A stretch of 64,000 nt of DNA from a virus. The notes beneath the pieces are model-generated. The model worked only from the letters and a program-made list of their open reading frames with translations. It searched no databases and had not been told where the DNA came from. Positions 20,738-31,352 of this stretch are shown piece after piece; the first letter of the stretch is position 1, and every line of letters begins with the position of its first letter. The stretch lies in IMG/VR virus record IMGVR_UViG_3300025652_000049, positions 12,424 to 76,423 of that record. One strand, written 5' to 3'. Position numbers and translations under genes: made by a program.

Positions 20738-21417
20738 TATCTAAATATTTTTCTAAAAGATTCTTCTACTTCATAACTTGATTTACTTCTCTCGTCACCT
20801 GTATTGACAAATAAAGAGGTTACAACATCAAGTAGTATTTTTTCAATAGCATCATCTGGCAAGTTTATTATTCTTCCATCTGGAGTACTAGTTGTTCCGA
20901 AGGTTGGTTTTTTACAATATGTCAATCTAAACGTACTAGCAACAGCTTCGCCGCAGTCTATTTGAAATTGACTTGCCTCTTGAAGTATAAGAGGGTATTG
21001 CTTATTAGCAGATTTATTTGGGTTTCTAAGCGCTACTCTGTATTCTGATTGCGCAATCTTATCTGCTCTAAGAGCTTTTGTTCCATCATTATAATAAACA
21101 TCATAAGCAACTGTCCTGTGGTAGTCTGACGGCTCAGCAGATAAATATCTTGGTTTAATAATAACACCGGTAGGAACTGCATCTACTACCGACTCATCTA
21201 AGACAGCAAGATTCCTAGTAACTATTAAGGGTCTTATATCGTCTGTTATAGTTTGAGTTGTTTCAATTAACTTTAACTTCTCTCCTATGAAATCCCAAGC
21301 TGAGGTTTCAAATTTATTTAAAAGGACTGGCAATGTAAAATAATCAGAGCCTAGTTTGTCAGCGAACTGATTGATTTTATTCTTTACTTCAGATACAGTA
21401 TATATAATACTTGCCAT
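20737..21417 (-). CDS. Conserved virion ring/neck protein (crAss gene74-like)
   Basis: TDDIRPLI, LTYCKKP and LPDDAIEKIL motifs, plus synteny. Confidence 0.6.
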   Translation of the reverse strand: MASIIYTVSEVKNKINQFADKLGSDYFTLPVLLNKFETSAWDFIGEKLKLIETTQTITDDIRPLIVTRNLAVLDESVVDAVPTGVIIKPRYLSAEPSDYHRTVAYDVYYNDGTKALRADKIAQSEYRVALRNPNKSANKQYPLILQEASQFQIDCGEAVASTFRLTYCKKPTFGTTSTPDGRIINLPDDAIEKILLDVVTSLFVNTGDERSKSSYEVEESFRKIFR

Positions 21418-21437
21418 TATCAGTCCTTTTAAATTAT

Positions 21438-22280
21438 TTACTCTTTTTTCAACTCATTGTAAAGCTTTTCAGTAAGCTCTACTTTTAAGTCTGGATTGTT
21501 ACCGAAATAATCTCTAACACTCTCTTTAGACATTCCTAAAGGATTACCAAGGTAAAGATACATACCATTACTGATATCTAAAACTCCCACGCGAAGCATT
21601 TCCTTTAATTCAAATTCAAACTGTGCTGCATCAAGGTTATCTAAAATCAATTCAACCTTTTGAGCATTAGCAAGTGAAGATCTAACAAATGTTTTAAGAG
21701 TCTTTCTTAGCTTTTGCTTTTCAATAACCGGTTGAGTTAAATACTTAGCTTCTCGATAAGTCATGTTAAGCTGGGCTAACACGTAACGAAGCTTTTTTAA
21801 TCCAACAGATTTTGCTCCAGTATCTAATGATAAAAGACCAATAAGCTTATCGATAAAATCTTCTTGTTCTAAATCTTCTATTTCTTCGAAATCCAAATTA
21901 ACTAATTTAATTCTTGGATTACTTCTTTTGTCCTCAATGTATCTTGCAGATAATTTTGTTTGAGATACTTCTACACCAACTTCAGGGTGGCCAACAAGCC
22001 AGTCAATGACTTTACGATGCTCCCTGTTAGTTGTGGGATGCAACATTGTGACTATTTTTTGAATAAAATAACCAGGAACGAATTGACCGTTTCTATTTTC
22101 AAGATGTCGGTCTTGACCTGTTATCGCATCTGGATAAGAAGATAAAAATCTTCCTGAAAATCCAGCGACTCCAAGATTGTTTGTTGTTTTGTAAACTAGT
22201 TTCCAAGTTCCATTAATAGCCTCTTCGGTCATTAACTGTTCTGGTCTGTCTAACTTTACTACATTTTTCTGTGCATTCAT
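21438..22280 (-). CDS. Conserved protein downstream of MCP (crAss gene75-like)
   Basis: 280 aa. C-terminal GMYLYLGNPLG...YF..N motif and synteny. Confidence 0.55.
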   Translation of the reverse strand: MNAQKNVVKLDRPEQLMTEEAINGTWKLVYKTTNNLGVAGFSGRFLSSYPDAITGQDRHLENRNGQFVPGYFIQKIVTMLHPTTNREHRKVIDWLVGHPEVGVEVSQTKLSARYIEDKRSNPRIKLVNLDFEEIEDLEQEDFIDKLIGLLSLDTGAKSVGLKKLRYVLAQLNMTYREAKYLTQPVIEKQKLRKTLKTFVRSSLANAQKVELILDNLDAAQFEFELKEMLRVGVLDISNGMYLYLGNPLGMSKESVRDYFGNNPDLKVELTEKLYNELKKE

Positions 22281-22292
22281 TATTTATAGTTT

Positions 22293-22320
22293 AAAAACCC
22301 CCCTCGTGAGAAGGGGGTAA
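22293..22320 (-). terminator. Rho-independent terminator after MCP
   Basis: Minus strand reads ACCCCCTT-CTCAC-GAGGGGGG-TTTTT. Confidence 0.75.
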
Positions 22321-22338
22321 TGTTAATACTCAATACTA

Positions 22339-24015
22339 CTAGAACGTGAACGTATTCGCTCCCGCATCTGCAATAGCAGTTCCAGTTAAAGCACCTCCTG
22401 TAAAAGGAGTTGTAGCTTTAAGAATTCCGCATGAGCGAACATCATAAAGAACAGCCATTAACTCAGAAAGCATGTGTGTTTGACATCCGTCAAATCCACT
22501 TGCAGCTGTATTACCTTGGTCAGAACTTGGATCAAAAGAATGCATTCCATCTACGTTCTTTCTGATCATATTACGACCTGAACGAGAAAGCACCTCAAAA
22601 TTCGGTACACCATCGATATCTGTTGCGTTCAGAATATAAATGTGACCTGTTCCTACCAATCCACCATTCACTGGGAATAATCCCGGGTGGTTTAATAACT
22701 CGTCTTCAATGATTACGAATTCGTTACCAAGATACTTGTAAATAGTAACTTCGAATCCAAGAGTCATTTTCTCTCCAGAAGCAACATTGTAAACAATGTT
22801 TGAAGCCCCCGAAGTTGCAGTGTTCAAATCAAACTGCATCAATTGCTTCATTCCATAATCAAAAGCAGTACAACCGATACGGTCAGTAACTCCTAAGAAT
22901 ACATTACCTCTATTCCCTTTTGGAGAACGAGTTGCAAGTACATTAGTAATCGCTTCAATAATCGTATGCGATAAACCGTTGTTTGGATTGTAATCGAAAG
23001 TCGCATTATCTTCGATTTCTGGAATCCAACCATTACCGATAACCGGAGCTTCGATACCTGACTCAGCTTGGAACCCACTTACAGTAAGTGCATTTGTTCC
23101 ATAGTTTTCAAACCATGCGTGAGTTGATGGATCCATAGAGATACGTGAATAACGTAACGCTAATTCATTCATCATACGGAAAACGCTTTCCCCACGAAGA
23201 ACCTCATCAAATTCCCACATCTTACTATCTCTCTTGTCAGAGTTATAGATGTAAGCGATTTTTTGCTTTTTAGCAGAACCAGTCATTGTCAAACTGTAAC
23301 GAGTAATAAAAGAATAGTTAATTCTCCACTTGTTACGGTTGGTTCTTTGTGAACCTTTCAATGAACCTTCTCCGAAAGCAGAACCAGCTTCAGTAAGAAC
23401 ATTCCCATCAGCCAAATGACTTGTGCTAAACAAAGCAGCAGGTCCAATGGTTTTTCCATCATACACATAATGGTCATTTGTAGAAGCTCTACGACCTGGT
23501 GAAACTATGATAACGTTCACACCTAAACCATTGTCTAAAACAATTTTGTCGTTAGGATTGAATTTGTCACCATAAATTTCAGAAGTCGGATCGTGAGTTA
23601 CCGAAAATGAAATTAACGTGTCTGTTGCAACATTGGTAAAACCAGCATTGACAGTTCCAGTATTTGTAAATCCATTACCCGTCATATCAGGGTTTGGATT
23701 GGCGGCATCAAAAAGAGTACCTATTTGTGCTTGACCAAATGAATATGCAGGTAAGATGTCCATACCTTCGTAATTAACACGATATGCATTGTCATTGATA
23801 TCATTAGAGGCAGCCTTAAGCTTTCCTTTTTTGATACCTTGGTTTACACGACCAGAGTAATACATCCAAGATTGAAACTTGTTGTATTTTGTAAATAAGT
23901 CAAAAGTCTTTCTTTTGACTGCGAAGTCTTTCTTCATCAACGTTGTTAATGAATTTGCTTCTGTGTGAATTTGGGGATTAAACCTTTCTTGGCTCCCTCT
24001 TAATAAAACTCCCAT
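22339..24015 (-). CDS. Major capsid protein
   Basis: 558 aa with high-expression codon bias and its own terminator. Order is portal-scaffold-MCP. SAFGEGS, ITRYSLTMTGSA and DGCQTHMLSE motifs. Confidence 0.8.
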   Translation of the reverse strand: MGVLLRGSQERFNPQIHTEANSLTTLMKKDFAVKRKTFDLFTKYNKFQSWMYYSGRVNQGIKKGKLKAASNDINDNAYRVNYEGMDILPAYSFGQAQIGTLFDAANPNPDMTGNGFTNTGTVNAGFTNVATDTLISFSVTHDPTSEIYGDKFNPNDKIVLDNGLGVNVIIVSPGRRASTNDHYVYDGKTIGPAALFSTSHLADGNVLTEAGSAFGEGSLKGSQRTNRNKWRINYSFITRYSLTMTGSAKKQKIAYIYNSDKRDSKMWEFDEVLRGESVFRMMNELALRYSRISMDPSTHAWFENYGTNALTVSGFQAESGIEAPVIGNGWIPEIEDNATFDYNPNNGLSHTIIEAITNVLATRSPKGNRGNVFLGVTDRIGCTAFDYGMKQLMQFDLNTATSGASNIVYNVASGEKMTLGFEVTIYKYLGNEFVIIEDELLNHPGLFPVNGGLVGTGHIYILNATDIDGVPNFEVLSRSGRNMIRKNVDGMHSFDPSSDQGNTAASGFDGCQTHMLSELMAVLYDVRSCGILKATTPFTGGALTGTAIADAGANTFTF

Positions 24016-24131
24016 GTTAAAATAGATTTTTAAAATTAATAATTTGTTTTAAAAACCTCCTACTTAATTGCCCTTGGCCACTTTGCAAAAGGATACATAA
24101 TTTTGAAAAATAACTAGAACATTGTTCATGT

Positions 24132-25193
24132 TTACTCTTCTCTTTTCACAGGTGCGTTATAAAGCACATCTGCAATTAGTCCATCTTGTGTTGAAGCGCT
24201 GCTTGCTGGGGAACTTCGTCTACTACTAGTTCCGGGAATTGGCTTAGAATCCTTGTTGTTTTTGAATTCGTCCAACATGGCCTTAATACCATCCTCATAC
24301 TTCATCCCTGTCGAAGATTTAAAGATTTCCTCTTTGTATATTCGGAACAGGGCGAGCTCAGCTAAAGCTTCTTTATCGGCTTTCAACTCATCGATAAACT
24401 TACCCGACTGTACATCCTTGTACGTATCGACTATTTTTTTGTTGTCAAGATTAACCCCAAAAAAACTTTGTTGTTTAGATATCTTGGCAAATACATTTTG
24501 TAATTCTTCTTTTTCTGTTTTTTCTAATACCGCCGCAGCAGCTTCACGTTGAGAGACAACCCCACGCTTTGCCTCTATAGCTGGATTTACTTTTAAGTTT
24601 TCTATCTCACCTCTTAATTTAGCAGCTTGAAGGCTTAGTGTTCTTGAATCTATTAAATCTTGAACTTGCTCTTCAATATCAATTTTTACATCTTCGTCAT
24701 TCAGATTTTGCTTATTGTTGATAGCAATCATTTCAAACTGCTTAGTCATAAGAGCTTCGTCCTCTAACTTTAATAAAGGCTCATAAAAGTCAAGGGTAAG
24801 TTCAGCATCTTCTAGAATTTTCTCATTAGTTTCTTTTTCTTCTTCTTCTTTTTTTCCATCTAAAAATGATTTAAACTCAGCTTCATTCTCGAAGTTAGTA
24901 TCCATTTTTTTATTCAAAGCTTCAATATCAAAGTCTCCTCCTTTATCTTCTTCTCCTTTATCTTCAAAGTTTAACCCAGTTTGCTCTTCCTCTTCTTCTT
25001 CATTTTCTTTAGCTTCTTCAGCAGCAACTAACAATGGGTCTTTATCTAAAACTACACCATCGTAATCTTCTGGATCAAAAGTATCATCTTTATCGTCCAA
25101 GTCGTCTTGGTCAAATTCAAATAACTCATTTGCATCGCTTTTGGGAAACATGTCTTCTTGGAAATCTAGGTTTTCTGTGCCTTGCTTATTCAT
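24132..25193 (-). CDS. Putative scaffolding protein
   Basis: Very acidic, coiled-coil, located between portal and MCP. Confidence 0.6.
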   Translation of the reverse strand: MNKQGTENLDFQEDMFPKSDANELFEFDQDDLDDKDDTFDPEDYDGVVLDKDPLLVAAEEAKENEEEEEEQTGLNFEDKGEEDKGGDFDIEALNKKMDTNFENEAEFKSFLDGKKEEEEKETNEKILEDAELTLDFYEPLLKLEDEALMTKQFEMIAINNKQNLNDEDVKIDIEEQVQDLIDSRTLSLQAAKLRGEIENLKVNPAIEAKRGVVSQREAAAAVLEKTEKEELQNVFAKISKQQSFFGVNLDNKKIVDTYKDVQSGKFIDELKADKEALAELALFRIYKEEIFKSSTGMKYEDGIKAMLDEFKNNKDSKPIPGTSSRRSSPASSASTQDGLIADVLYNAPVKREE

Positions 25194-25206
25194 AGTTTAG
25201 TTTTAA

Positions 25207-25214
25207 CAAATTTA
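25207..25214 (-). promoter_or_regulatory. Bacteroidota -7 box (TAAATTTG)
   Basis: TAnnTTTG just upstream of the scaffold ATG. Confidence 0.5.
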
Positions 25215-25221
25215 TAAAAAA

Positions 25222-27468
25222 TTATTTTACTGATTCTTTTTGCCTACTCTGCTCTCTAGATTTTTCTAAATCAACATCAAGCTTTGCTGCTGTTTGACGT
25301 TCTTGAGATTGATTTTTCTGAAGACCATCTTGCGCTTTACCATCTTTATAAATGTATGCCACATCTTTGTCTTTTTGATAACCATCCCTAGTAAGAGTTC
25401 TATCATCTTCCTTGCTTTTGGCTTCTGCTTCCATAGCAGCTTGTGCTTGTTCTGCATCTGCCTTAGCTTGTTCCTCTCTAAGTTTAGCCATAGAATTAAC
25501 CATTCTTTGGAAAACAGCTTTCTTTTCATTTGCGCTATCTCCCTCAAATACTTCAATAAGACCTAAAGCCATTTCTGGCGCCGAGCTATTACCTAATGCA
25601 ACCTCAGCAGCTCTATCTATGATATCGCTCATTTCTTGGTCTTTTCTTGCATCACCTAGATATATACCCATGTCAGCAAGGAAAAACTCTTTAAATAATT
25701 TTAAGAATTTTGTTTTAAACTCTCCAACTACATACTGCAACACTTCACCTTCTTCATAATCAAATTTCATTTTCATGATAGCCTTGCTTAAAATAGCCTG
25801 GACAAACTCATCGAATGGTGTATAGAACACTTCAGTACGCGCAGCCGAAGCTCTAATAGCTTTGTCGGTTCCTGTCGCTGTTTGGTATTGACCAATGTTA
25901 CCTTCCCTCTCTGGTGTAAACCCAGTGAACTTAGCAGCTAAGTCTTCTATAATAGCAAGACCATTAAATAAATCTTGAATAACTCCTTTTTGACTGAGGT
26001 CTAAACTTGTGAATTGATTGAAGTTTTGTTTTGCTCCTTTGTCTTTAGAATTAAACATAAGAAACTGATCCTTCTTAACATGGTGCATTACTCTGTTAAG
26101 ACCATTTTCATAACCACCTTTAGTAAATGCTTTTGGTGTTTGGGCAGTATCGTATAAAAGAACTTTTGAATTACCAACTTTCTTAAGAGCAAGACGAATT
26201 TCAAATAACGTTTCCGAAGCTAGTTCTTGAAGCTGATATAATTTAGAAGCCATTGATTTAACTTGAGATGTACCACTGTCATTATCTCTTACAATAGAAA
26301 TAACAGGCAGTGTACATGACCAAGGAGCATCTTTCCTTGATAGTCTCTGTTCCATTACCCCCCACTCTAATACAATCTCTGGGCCCAACATAATACAATG
26401 TCTAGGAACTTCACCAATGTATTTTTTGATAGTATCAGTTTTTCTAATTCTATCTCCTTCTTTTAATTTTTTATGAAATTTCTGACCTTCCTTATTTTCA
26501 TTAACCTTAATGTTAACTGTCTTTTGAGACTTCCACATACATTTACTTAAACGAATGCGATTCACTTTGTTGTCAGTCTTATACCAACCATCATATTTCA
26601 TTGAAGATGATAGTTGCTCCGAGTCATGAGAGCTAGTGCTTAAAGATGTCATATTCGTGAACATGATATTTATAGACTCTTTTTGCCCTTTGTCAAGTTC
26701 TGGAAATGTATTGTAAATTTCATTCTGAGTAAGCCACCAACTTTGATAAAAGAACTCATGGTCGTCTTGAACAACTTTATAAGGATCTAAATCATAGTCA
26801 CAATCTAAAGGATGTGTGCCGTACATTGTCGTATGTCCTTTAGCTTTATCTAATACAGCGTGTCCTCTATCAGAAATAAGGTAATTTCTAAACATACCTT
26901 TAAGTTTTTTCTTTTCTCCACGTACATCTAAGAATAAATCTATTAAATCGTTAGCTACTGTTTCAGCTACAGATTTGAAGTCTTGTGAAAAGAATTCTTC
27001 TACATCTTCAGGAAGATCTAAATCTTTTAATGGAGTTTCCGGAGTATAACCCAAATCAGGATTTAACTGTTCGGCTATGTCTCTCATAATTTCTTCACCG
27101 AGCATTTCAAGTTTCTTCTGAAACTTAGCATTCTTAGAAGATTTGTCCATTGCGTAGGCTCTACTTTTTATAGGTCTACGAATAAAATCACCGATCGCTT
27201 GTTCTATTTTTGATTGAATAAGAGGGTAAACTATATACTCAATACCTAAATCATATCCATTTGGACAAGTAATTGCTTGTGCTAATTTAGTTTCTGCAGG
27301 GCCAAGTTCGGCATTATAACCGCGAAACATCTTTAAAATATATTTTCTTTGGTCGTCGTAATTAGTGCTTAATGTAAAAGCAGAGTGAGCAAGATTGTGG
27401 TTTACATGCCACTGCTTGTCCTTTAACGATTCTGGTATCGTCTGGTCTGGAATTCCTAAAACACTCAT
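25222..27468 (-). CDS. Portal protein
   Basis: 748 aa after TerL. YPLIQSKIEQAIG and TGFTPEREGNIGQYQTATG motifs, with a C-terminal coiled coil. Confidence 0.85.
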   Translation of the reverse strand: MSVLGIPDQTIPESLKDKQWHVNHNLAHSAFTLSTNYDDQRKYILKMFRGYNAELGPAETKLAQAITCPNGYDLGIEYIVYPLIQSKIEQAIGDFIRRPIKSRAYAMDKSSKNAKFQKKLEMLGEEIMRDIAEQLNPDLGYTPETPLKDLDLPEDVEEFFSQDFKSVAETVANDLIDLFLDVRGEKKKLKGMFRNYLISDRGHAVLDKAKGHTTMYGTHPLDCDYDLDPYKVVQDDHEFFYQSWWLTQNEIYNTFPELDKGQKESINIMFTNMTSLSTSSHDSEQLSSSMKYDGWYKTDNKVNRIRLSKCMWKSQKTVNIKVNENKEGQKFHKKLKEGDRIRKTDTIKKYIGEVPRHCIMLGPEIVLEWGVMEQRLSRKDAPWSCTLPVISIVRDNDSGTSQVKSMASKLYQLQELASETLFEIRLALKKVGNSKVLLYDTAQTPKAFTKGGYENGLNRVMHHVKKDQFLMFNSKDKGAKQNFNQFTSLDLSQKGVIQDLFNGLAIIEDLAAKFTGFTPEREGNIGQYQTATGTDKAIRASAARTEVFYTPFDEFVQAILSKAIMKMKFDYEEGEVLQYVVGEFKTKFLKLFKEFFLADMGIYLGDARKDQEMSDIIDRAAEVALGNSSAPEMALGLIEVFEGDSANEKKAVFQRMVNSMAKLREEQAKADAEQAQAAMEAEAKSKEDDRTLTRDGYQKDKDVAYIYKDGKAQDGLQKNQSQERQTAAKLDVDLEKSREQSRQKESVK

Positions 27469-27489
27469 AATATATTTTTTATAAAGGTA

Positions 27490-29667
27490 TTAATTTTCAT
27501 TCAATTTATTGTGATGCTGTTCAAGTACAAAAGCCATTGGGTCATTTCCGTACTTTTTAAGGATATCTTCACGTTCTTTTTTAATCTTATTTATAGAACT
27601 TACTTTAGCCTGTTCGTAGCTTTTCTTATCTTCTCCGCTGAGGTCGTACTCTGGATTCCATACATTAATCTTCTCTTGATCAAACCCATCATCATAGTCC
27701 TGAGTTTCAGCGTAGGTCTTAAAGATACGAATACCATCTTCAATAACCCAATGCCCCATGTTATCTAAAATATCACCTTCATACTGAGTATCTTCATCAA
27801 TACCATCGGTTAAATCTCCAAAACTATCAAGTCTAGAAATAAGAACCATTCCGTAAGCTGAAGCTAAATCGGCATTGGCATCACCAAAATCAATCAAGTG
27901 GTCTAGTATTTCTTCAAACCATATGTTGTTGAAATTCTCATTAACCTCTTTCTTTAGTAATCTTACAATTATTTTAAAAGCATGTTGGTTAGACATTTTA
28001 AATCCATACTGGTTTACTGCTTTTGAATTATAGCCCTCACCACTTAAGTCCGGCCGACCTTTTAAATGCTGTAAAGCTCCGACATCTTCGAAATGAGTTT
28101 TAATTAAAATCTTAGTCCATTCTAACAATACCTCTGAATCATAATAGATAGCAAGTCTTAATGTGTTAGAATAGAATTCATCATCATTATCAGAAGTACC
28201 CCTATCCATTACATACGCGATAGGCATATTGTAAGGATGAGTAACCCCATGAAAACAACGATATACGATAGTAGCTCCTAATGAACCAGTACCTTCTGCA
28301 ACCTCATCATCATAACTATCACAACCGATAATATCAGGATTGTACGCAACCTTTTTCTGATCAACTGGGTCCAGAAGTTTTTTAATAGTACCAAGTTCTT
28401 CATCTTCAATAAATTTAATCTTAGAACCTCTTTGGAAATGAATTTTATCTTCTTCCTTTATGTTTTTTGCTCGAGCAATAAGCCTAAGTGTTGTTGGGTC
28501 TTTAGTGGTCCACTCTAATCTACCTGTTTGAATTAGGTAAGGACAGTTTTCTAAATTGTTACGTTGCGCATTTAACTTCTGACGGTTTAATAAACCTCCT
28601 GAGTTTTTAATAAAGATTTCAGACTCTTTAAGTGGGTATGACTGAATATGTTTTACGAAGCCTTCTGAATTCTTTTTTGCTTCACGCTCTGCCTCAATAT
28701 GTATTCTTGCAGCTTTATGATTGGTACGTCCTGTTCTGAAATCAAAGAATGAAATTGTTTTCTTAGTTTCTTTATCTGGAATACCATCACCAGGGTAAAA
28801 GTCAGTCGCAGAAATAAATACTTTTTTAAGATTGTACACATCCTTATCAGCGTACCACATTTTCTTGTAACCTTTAGATCCTTTCTCGATATCACCACCG
28901 GTACCATAAACGATTGGAGTTCCAAACTGATTTGAACCATCTTTGAAACAAGGTTCGGTAGATTTGAAAGCTGCTACTATATCCGCGAATAAACCAGCCT
29001 CTTCAAAAATTACTAATGCTAACGATTTACCCTCAAACCCTGTTGGCTTGGCATACATCGTTTTCATAAACATTTGAGATAGCAAACCACCTTCCTTTGG
29101 TTGCTTGTTATCAATGTACTTATATCCTAGTTTTATTTCCTCACTATTTTTAGTAATGATACCTGAAGCATACTCTGGACGTACATTATCTAGAAGCGCT
29201 TTTACTTTCTCATAGAAATCTTGAGCTTTATCATCTTGCCCAGCTGCTACACCAATCTTACCGTTTTTGTAAAATAACAACTCATAGGTTGATGTTGTAG
29301 CACCTACCCAAGACAATCCTACCCTACGAGGCTTTCCAACAATAAGACCATGCTTGTGTCTTTTAGCTCCTTTTATTTCATCAAAAAGCCTACGATCTAA
29401 CTCCCGATAAAATGGGTAATCATAGGACTTTCTTGTAGCTCCTTTTTTAAGAAGCTCAATTTTACACATGTTCAAATAGAAGTAATGCTCATTGGATATC
29501 GATGGCATAAACCTCGAAGGCTTATATCCATTAAGACAGCGATTATCCTGTTCATCCCAAAAATCATCATATGCTAAAGTACCAGGATTAAAATCTGGTA
29601 TTGGCATTTCGACTAATGGCCGATAAAGAGTACTATCAAATTTATTCCAATCTATATTTACTTCCAT
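27490..29667 (-). CDS. terL: Terminase large subunit
   Basis: Walker A variant KPRRVGLSW, Walker B IFEEAG, motif III YGTGG and nuclease IGCDSYD. Confidence 0.9.
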   Translation of the reverse strand: MEVNIDWNKFDSTLYRPLVEMPIPDFNPGTLAYDDFWDEQDNRCLNGYKPSRFMPSISNEHYFYLNMCKIELLKKGATRKSYDYPFYRELDRRLFDEIKGAKRHKHGLIVGKPRRVGLSWVGATTSTYELLFYKNGKIGVAAGQDDKAQDFYEKVKALLDNVRPEYASGIITKNSEEIKLGYKYIDNKQPKEGGLLSQMFMKTMYAKPTGFEGKSLALVIFEEAGLFADIVAAFKSTEPCFKDGSNQFGTPIVYGTGGDIEKGSKGYKKMWYADKDVYNLKKVFISATDFYPGDGIPDKETKKTISFFDFRTGRTNHKAARIHIEAEREAKKNSEGFVKHIQSYPLKESEIFIKNSGGLLNRQKLNAQRNNLENCPYLIQTGRLEWTTKDPTTLRLIARAKNIKEEDKIHFQRGSKIKFIEDEELGTIKKLLDPVDQKKVAYNPDIIGCDSYDDEVAEGTGSLGATIVYRCFHGVTHPYNMPIAYVMDRGTSDNDDEFYSNTLRLAIYYDSEVLLEWTKILIKTHFEDVGALQHLKGRPDLSGEGYNSKAVNQYGFKMSNQHAFKIIVRLLKKEVNENFNNIWFEEILDHLIDFGDANADLASAYGMVLISRLDSFGDLTDGIDEDTQYEGDILDNMGHWVIEDGIRIFKTYAETQDYDDGFDQEKINVWNPEYDLSGEDKKSYEQAKVSSINKIKKEREDILKKYGNDPMAFVLEQHHNKLNEN

Positions 29668-29678
29668 ATAGTGACACT

Positions 29679-29717
29679 AAAAAAACAAAGACACCAGCAG
29701 TCTCCCACCGATGCCCC
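29679..29717 (-). terminator. Terminator/attenuator between the TerS-like gene and TerL
   Basis: GGCATCGGTG-GGAGAC-TGCTGGTGTC stem followed by TTTGTTTTTTT on the minus strand. Confidence 0.55.
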
Positions 29718-29747
29718 TGCACAGAAAACTGATAAAACGCGAATTTC

Positions 29748-30344
29748 TCATCTGACTTTCTGATAAAAAGAATTCTTCTTATCTACAAGCTGTTCCAATC
29801 TAGACAAAGTATATCCTTGCTTAACTGGTGACTTCTCATAAATATCTTTTCCTTGTACTTGTTCTTCAAAATATTTTATATCTGCATTTATATCACGAAG
29901 CTCTTTAGCTACGGTTGCAGGATTTCTAAATGTAAGTTCTTCCCCATTAGGACCTTTATGGCCTTTGCCATACATTTTCTCAGACTCACTAAACTCCCTA
30001 AGCTTATTCACTTTCCTTTGGTAATGTATCTTACCTTCCTCAAGAGTTGGGTCGTATTGCAAAGCATCGTATTTAATCAACGCGTCCTGAATCTCCTTTC
30101 TTTTCCAAATAAACTTGTCACGCTCGCCAGTAACCTCTTCCATTGCAGCTCTAGGTCTGTCCTTCATGTTATAGAATCTCTTCGGAGATTGATAGTCAGC
30201 TACGAGAGCAATCGCAGTTAAGCACTGAAGACCTAATTCTTCAATGTCTAATATAACACGAAATTCTTTAATAGCAAGTAAACCATCATTGTTTTCTCCA
30301 AGCTCTAAAAGACCGGTCTTTGGGTTTATGGATACTAAATACAT
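29748..30344 (-). CDS. Putative terminase small subunit / conserved gene upstream of TerL
   Basis: 198 aa, helical, directly upstream of TerL, with its own TAAATTTG box (30349-30356). Confidence 0.5.
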   Translation of the reverse strand: MYLVSINPKTGLLELGENNDGLLAIKEFRVILDIEELGLQCLTAIALVADYQSPKRFYNMKDRPRAAMEEVTGERDKFIWKRKEIQDALIKYDALQYDPTLEEGKIHYQRKVNKLREFSESEKMYGKGHKGPNGEELTFRNPATVAKELRDINADIKYFEEQVQGKDIYEKSPVKQGYTLSRLEQLVDKKNSFYQKVR

Positions 30345-30357
30345 TTGTCAAATTTAT

Positions 30358-30393
30358 AAAAAAATAAGGGAACCATTTGGATCCCCTGTTTTT
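30358..30393. terminator. Bidirectional terminator-like hairpin
   Basis: A-tract, GGGAACCA/TGGATCCC stem, T-tract. Confidence 0.55.
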
Positions 30394-30713
30394 CATTTGA
30401 ATATATCATTACTGGCATACTCTTTCATTTTTCTTTCTATTGCACGACGATCTAAAAAGACTTGGTATCTTTCATTTATTATTTCACAGAAATCAGCAAT
30501 TTTTTTTTCAGGATATATAAATTTTAAAAACTCCACAAGCCAACCTATTTTATAAATAGTCTTGTTTTTATTGCTTTTGAACTTAGAAGGAATGATAAAA
30601 ATTAAATCTCCTTTCATTTCACTTTTAAGTAAAGTTTCTAAATCTTGAGGAAAAAGCCTTTCAATATCAGAAACATTTTCTATTATAAATCCTGTGTGTT
30701 TAAATGAAATCAT
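30393..30713 (-). CDS. Hypothetical protein
   Basis: 106-aa ORF, translationally coupled to its neighbour. Confidence 0.55.
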   Translation of the reverse strand: MISFKHTGFIIENVSDIERLFPQDLETLLKSEMKGDLIFIIPSKFKSNKNKTIYKIGWLVEFLKFIYPEKKIADFCEIINERYQVFLDRRAIERKMKEYASNDIFK

Positions 30714-31111
30714 TAATCGTCTTTTACAATTTTAAAATTAGATTTAGGCTTAGATTTTATAGAAGGTTTTAAGTCCTTTTTTTCTTTAAGCTTAAACATC
30801 CTGTCTCTTTCTTGCTCAAAAGCTTCTGAGATCCTAGCCATATCATCAGACAAAGTTACATCTTTTCCGAATTGTCCTCTTACACGTTTGCAAATTTCTT
30901 TATCAATCGATGCGCTGGCTTCATTATTCTTTCCAAGCTTAAAGTGAAATTCTTTTTCAATCTTACTTACATATCCCGGACTTACCTCGCCAGTCTTTGC
31001 TAATGTTTCAGCTTCTTGAAATAAACCATATAGTGATCTACTTGTAAACTCAAGTAACTGTTGGTAATTTAATAATACGGATGTTGGTATTTCTGTTATT
31101 TTTTTAGCCAT
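30713..31111 (-). CDS. Hypothetical protein
   Basis: 132-aa ORF in an operon. Confidence 0.6.
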   Translation of the reverse strand: MAKKITEIPTSVLLNYQQLLEFTSRSLYGLFQEAETLAKTGEVSPGYVSKIEKEFHFKLGKNNEASASIDKEICKRVRGQFGKDVTLSDDMARISEAFEQERDRMFKLKEKKDLKPSIKSKPKSNFKIVKDD

Positions 31112-31352
31112 TGTGAATTTTTGTTGCGTTAATACTTCTTTTTATAACACTATGAAAATGCTTTCCTTTACTTTCGGATTCATAGAAATTATCATAATCT
31201 TCTTGAGTTGATGGACTGTATCTATAAATACTTCCATTACCAAATCTAATATATATTGCTTTTCCTGAAGCAGTATGTCCAATCTCTTTAATTTGAGAAC
31301 TTGCAACTTCCTCTGTTTGCAAGTCCTCTTCTTTTGCGTAGCTACTTATCAT
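31104..31352 (-). CDS. KTSC-domain protein
   Basis: SSQIKEIGH...IRFGNGSIYRY...SKGKHFHSVIK consensus. Confidence 0.85.
   Translation of the reverse strand: MISSYAKEEDLQTEEVASSQIKEIGHTASGKAIYIRFGNGSIYRYSPSTQEDYDNFYESESKGKHFHSVIKRSINATKIHNG

Noticed and set aside
27490-29667. Intron or intein in TerL (or in MCP or DnaB)
   Set aside because: The ORFs are continuous and of ordinary length, with no intein terminal or LAGLIDADG/HNH motifs noticed.
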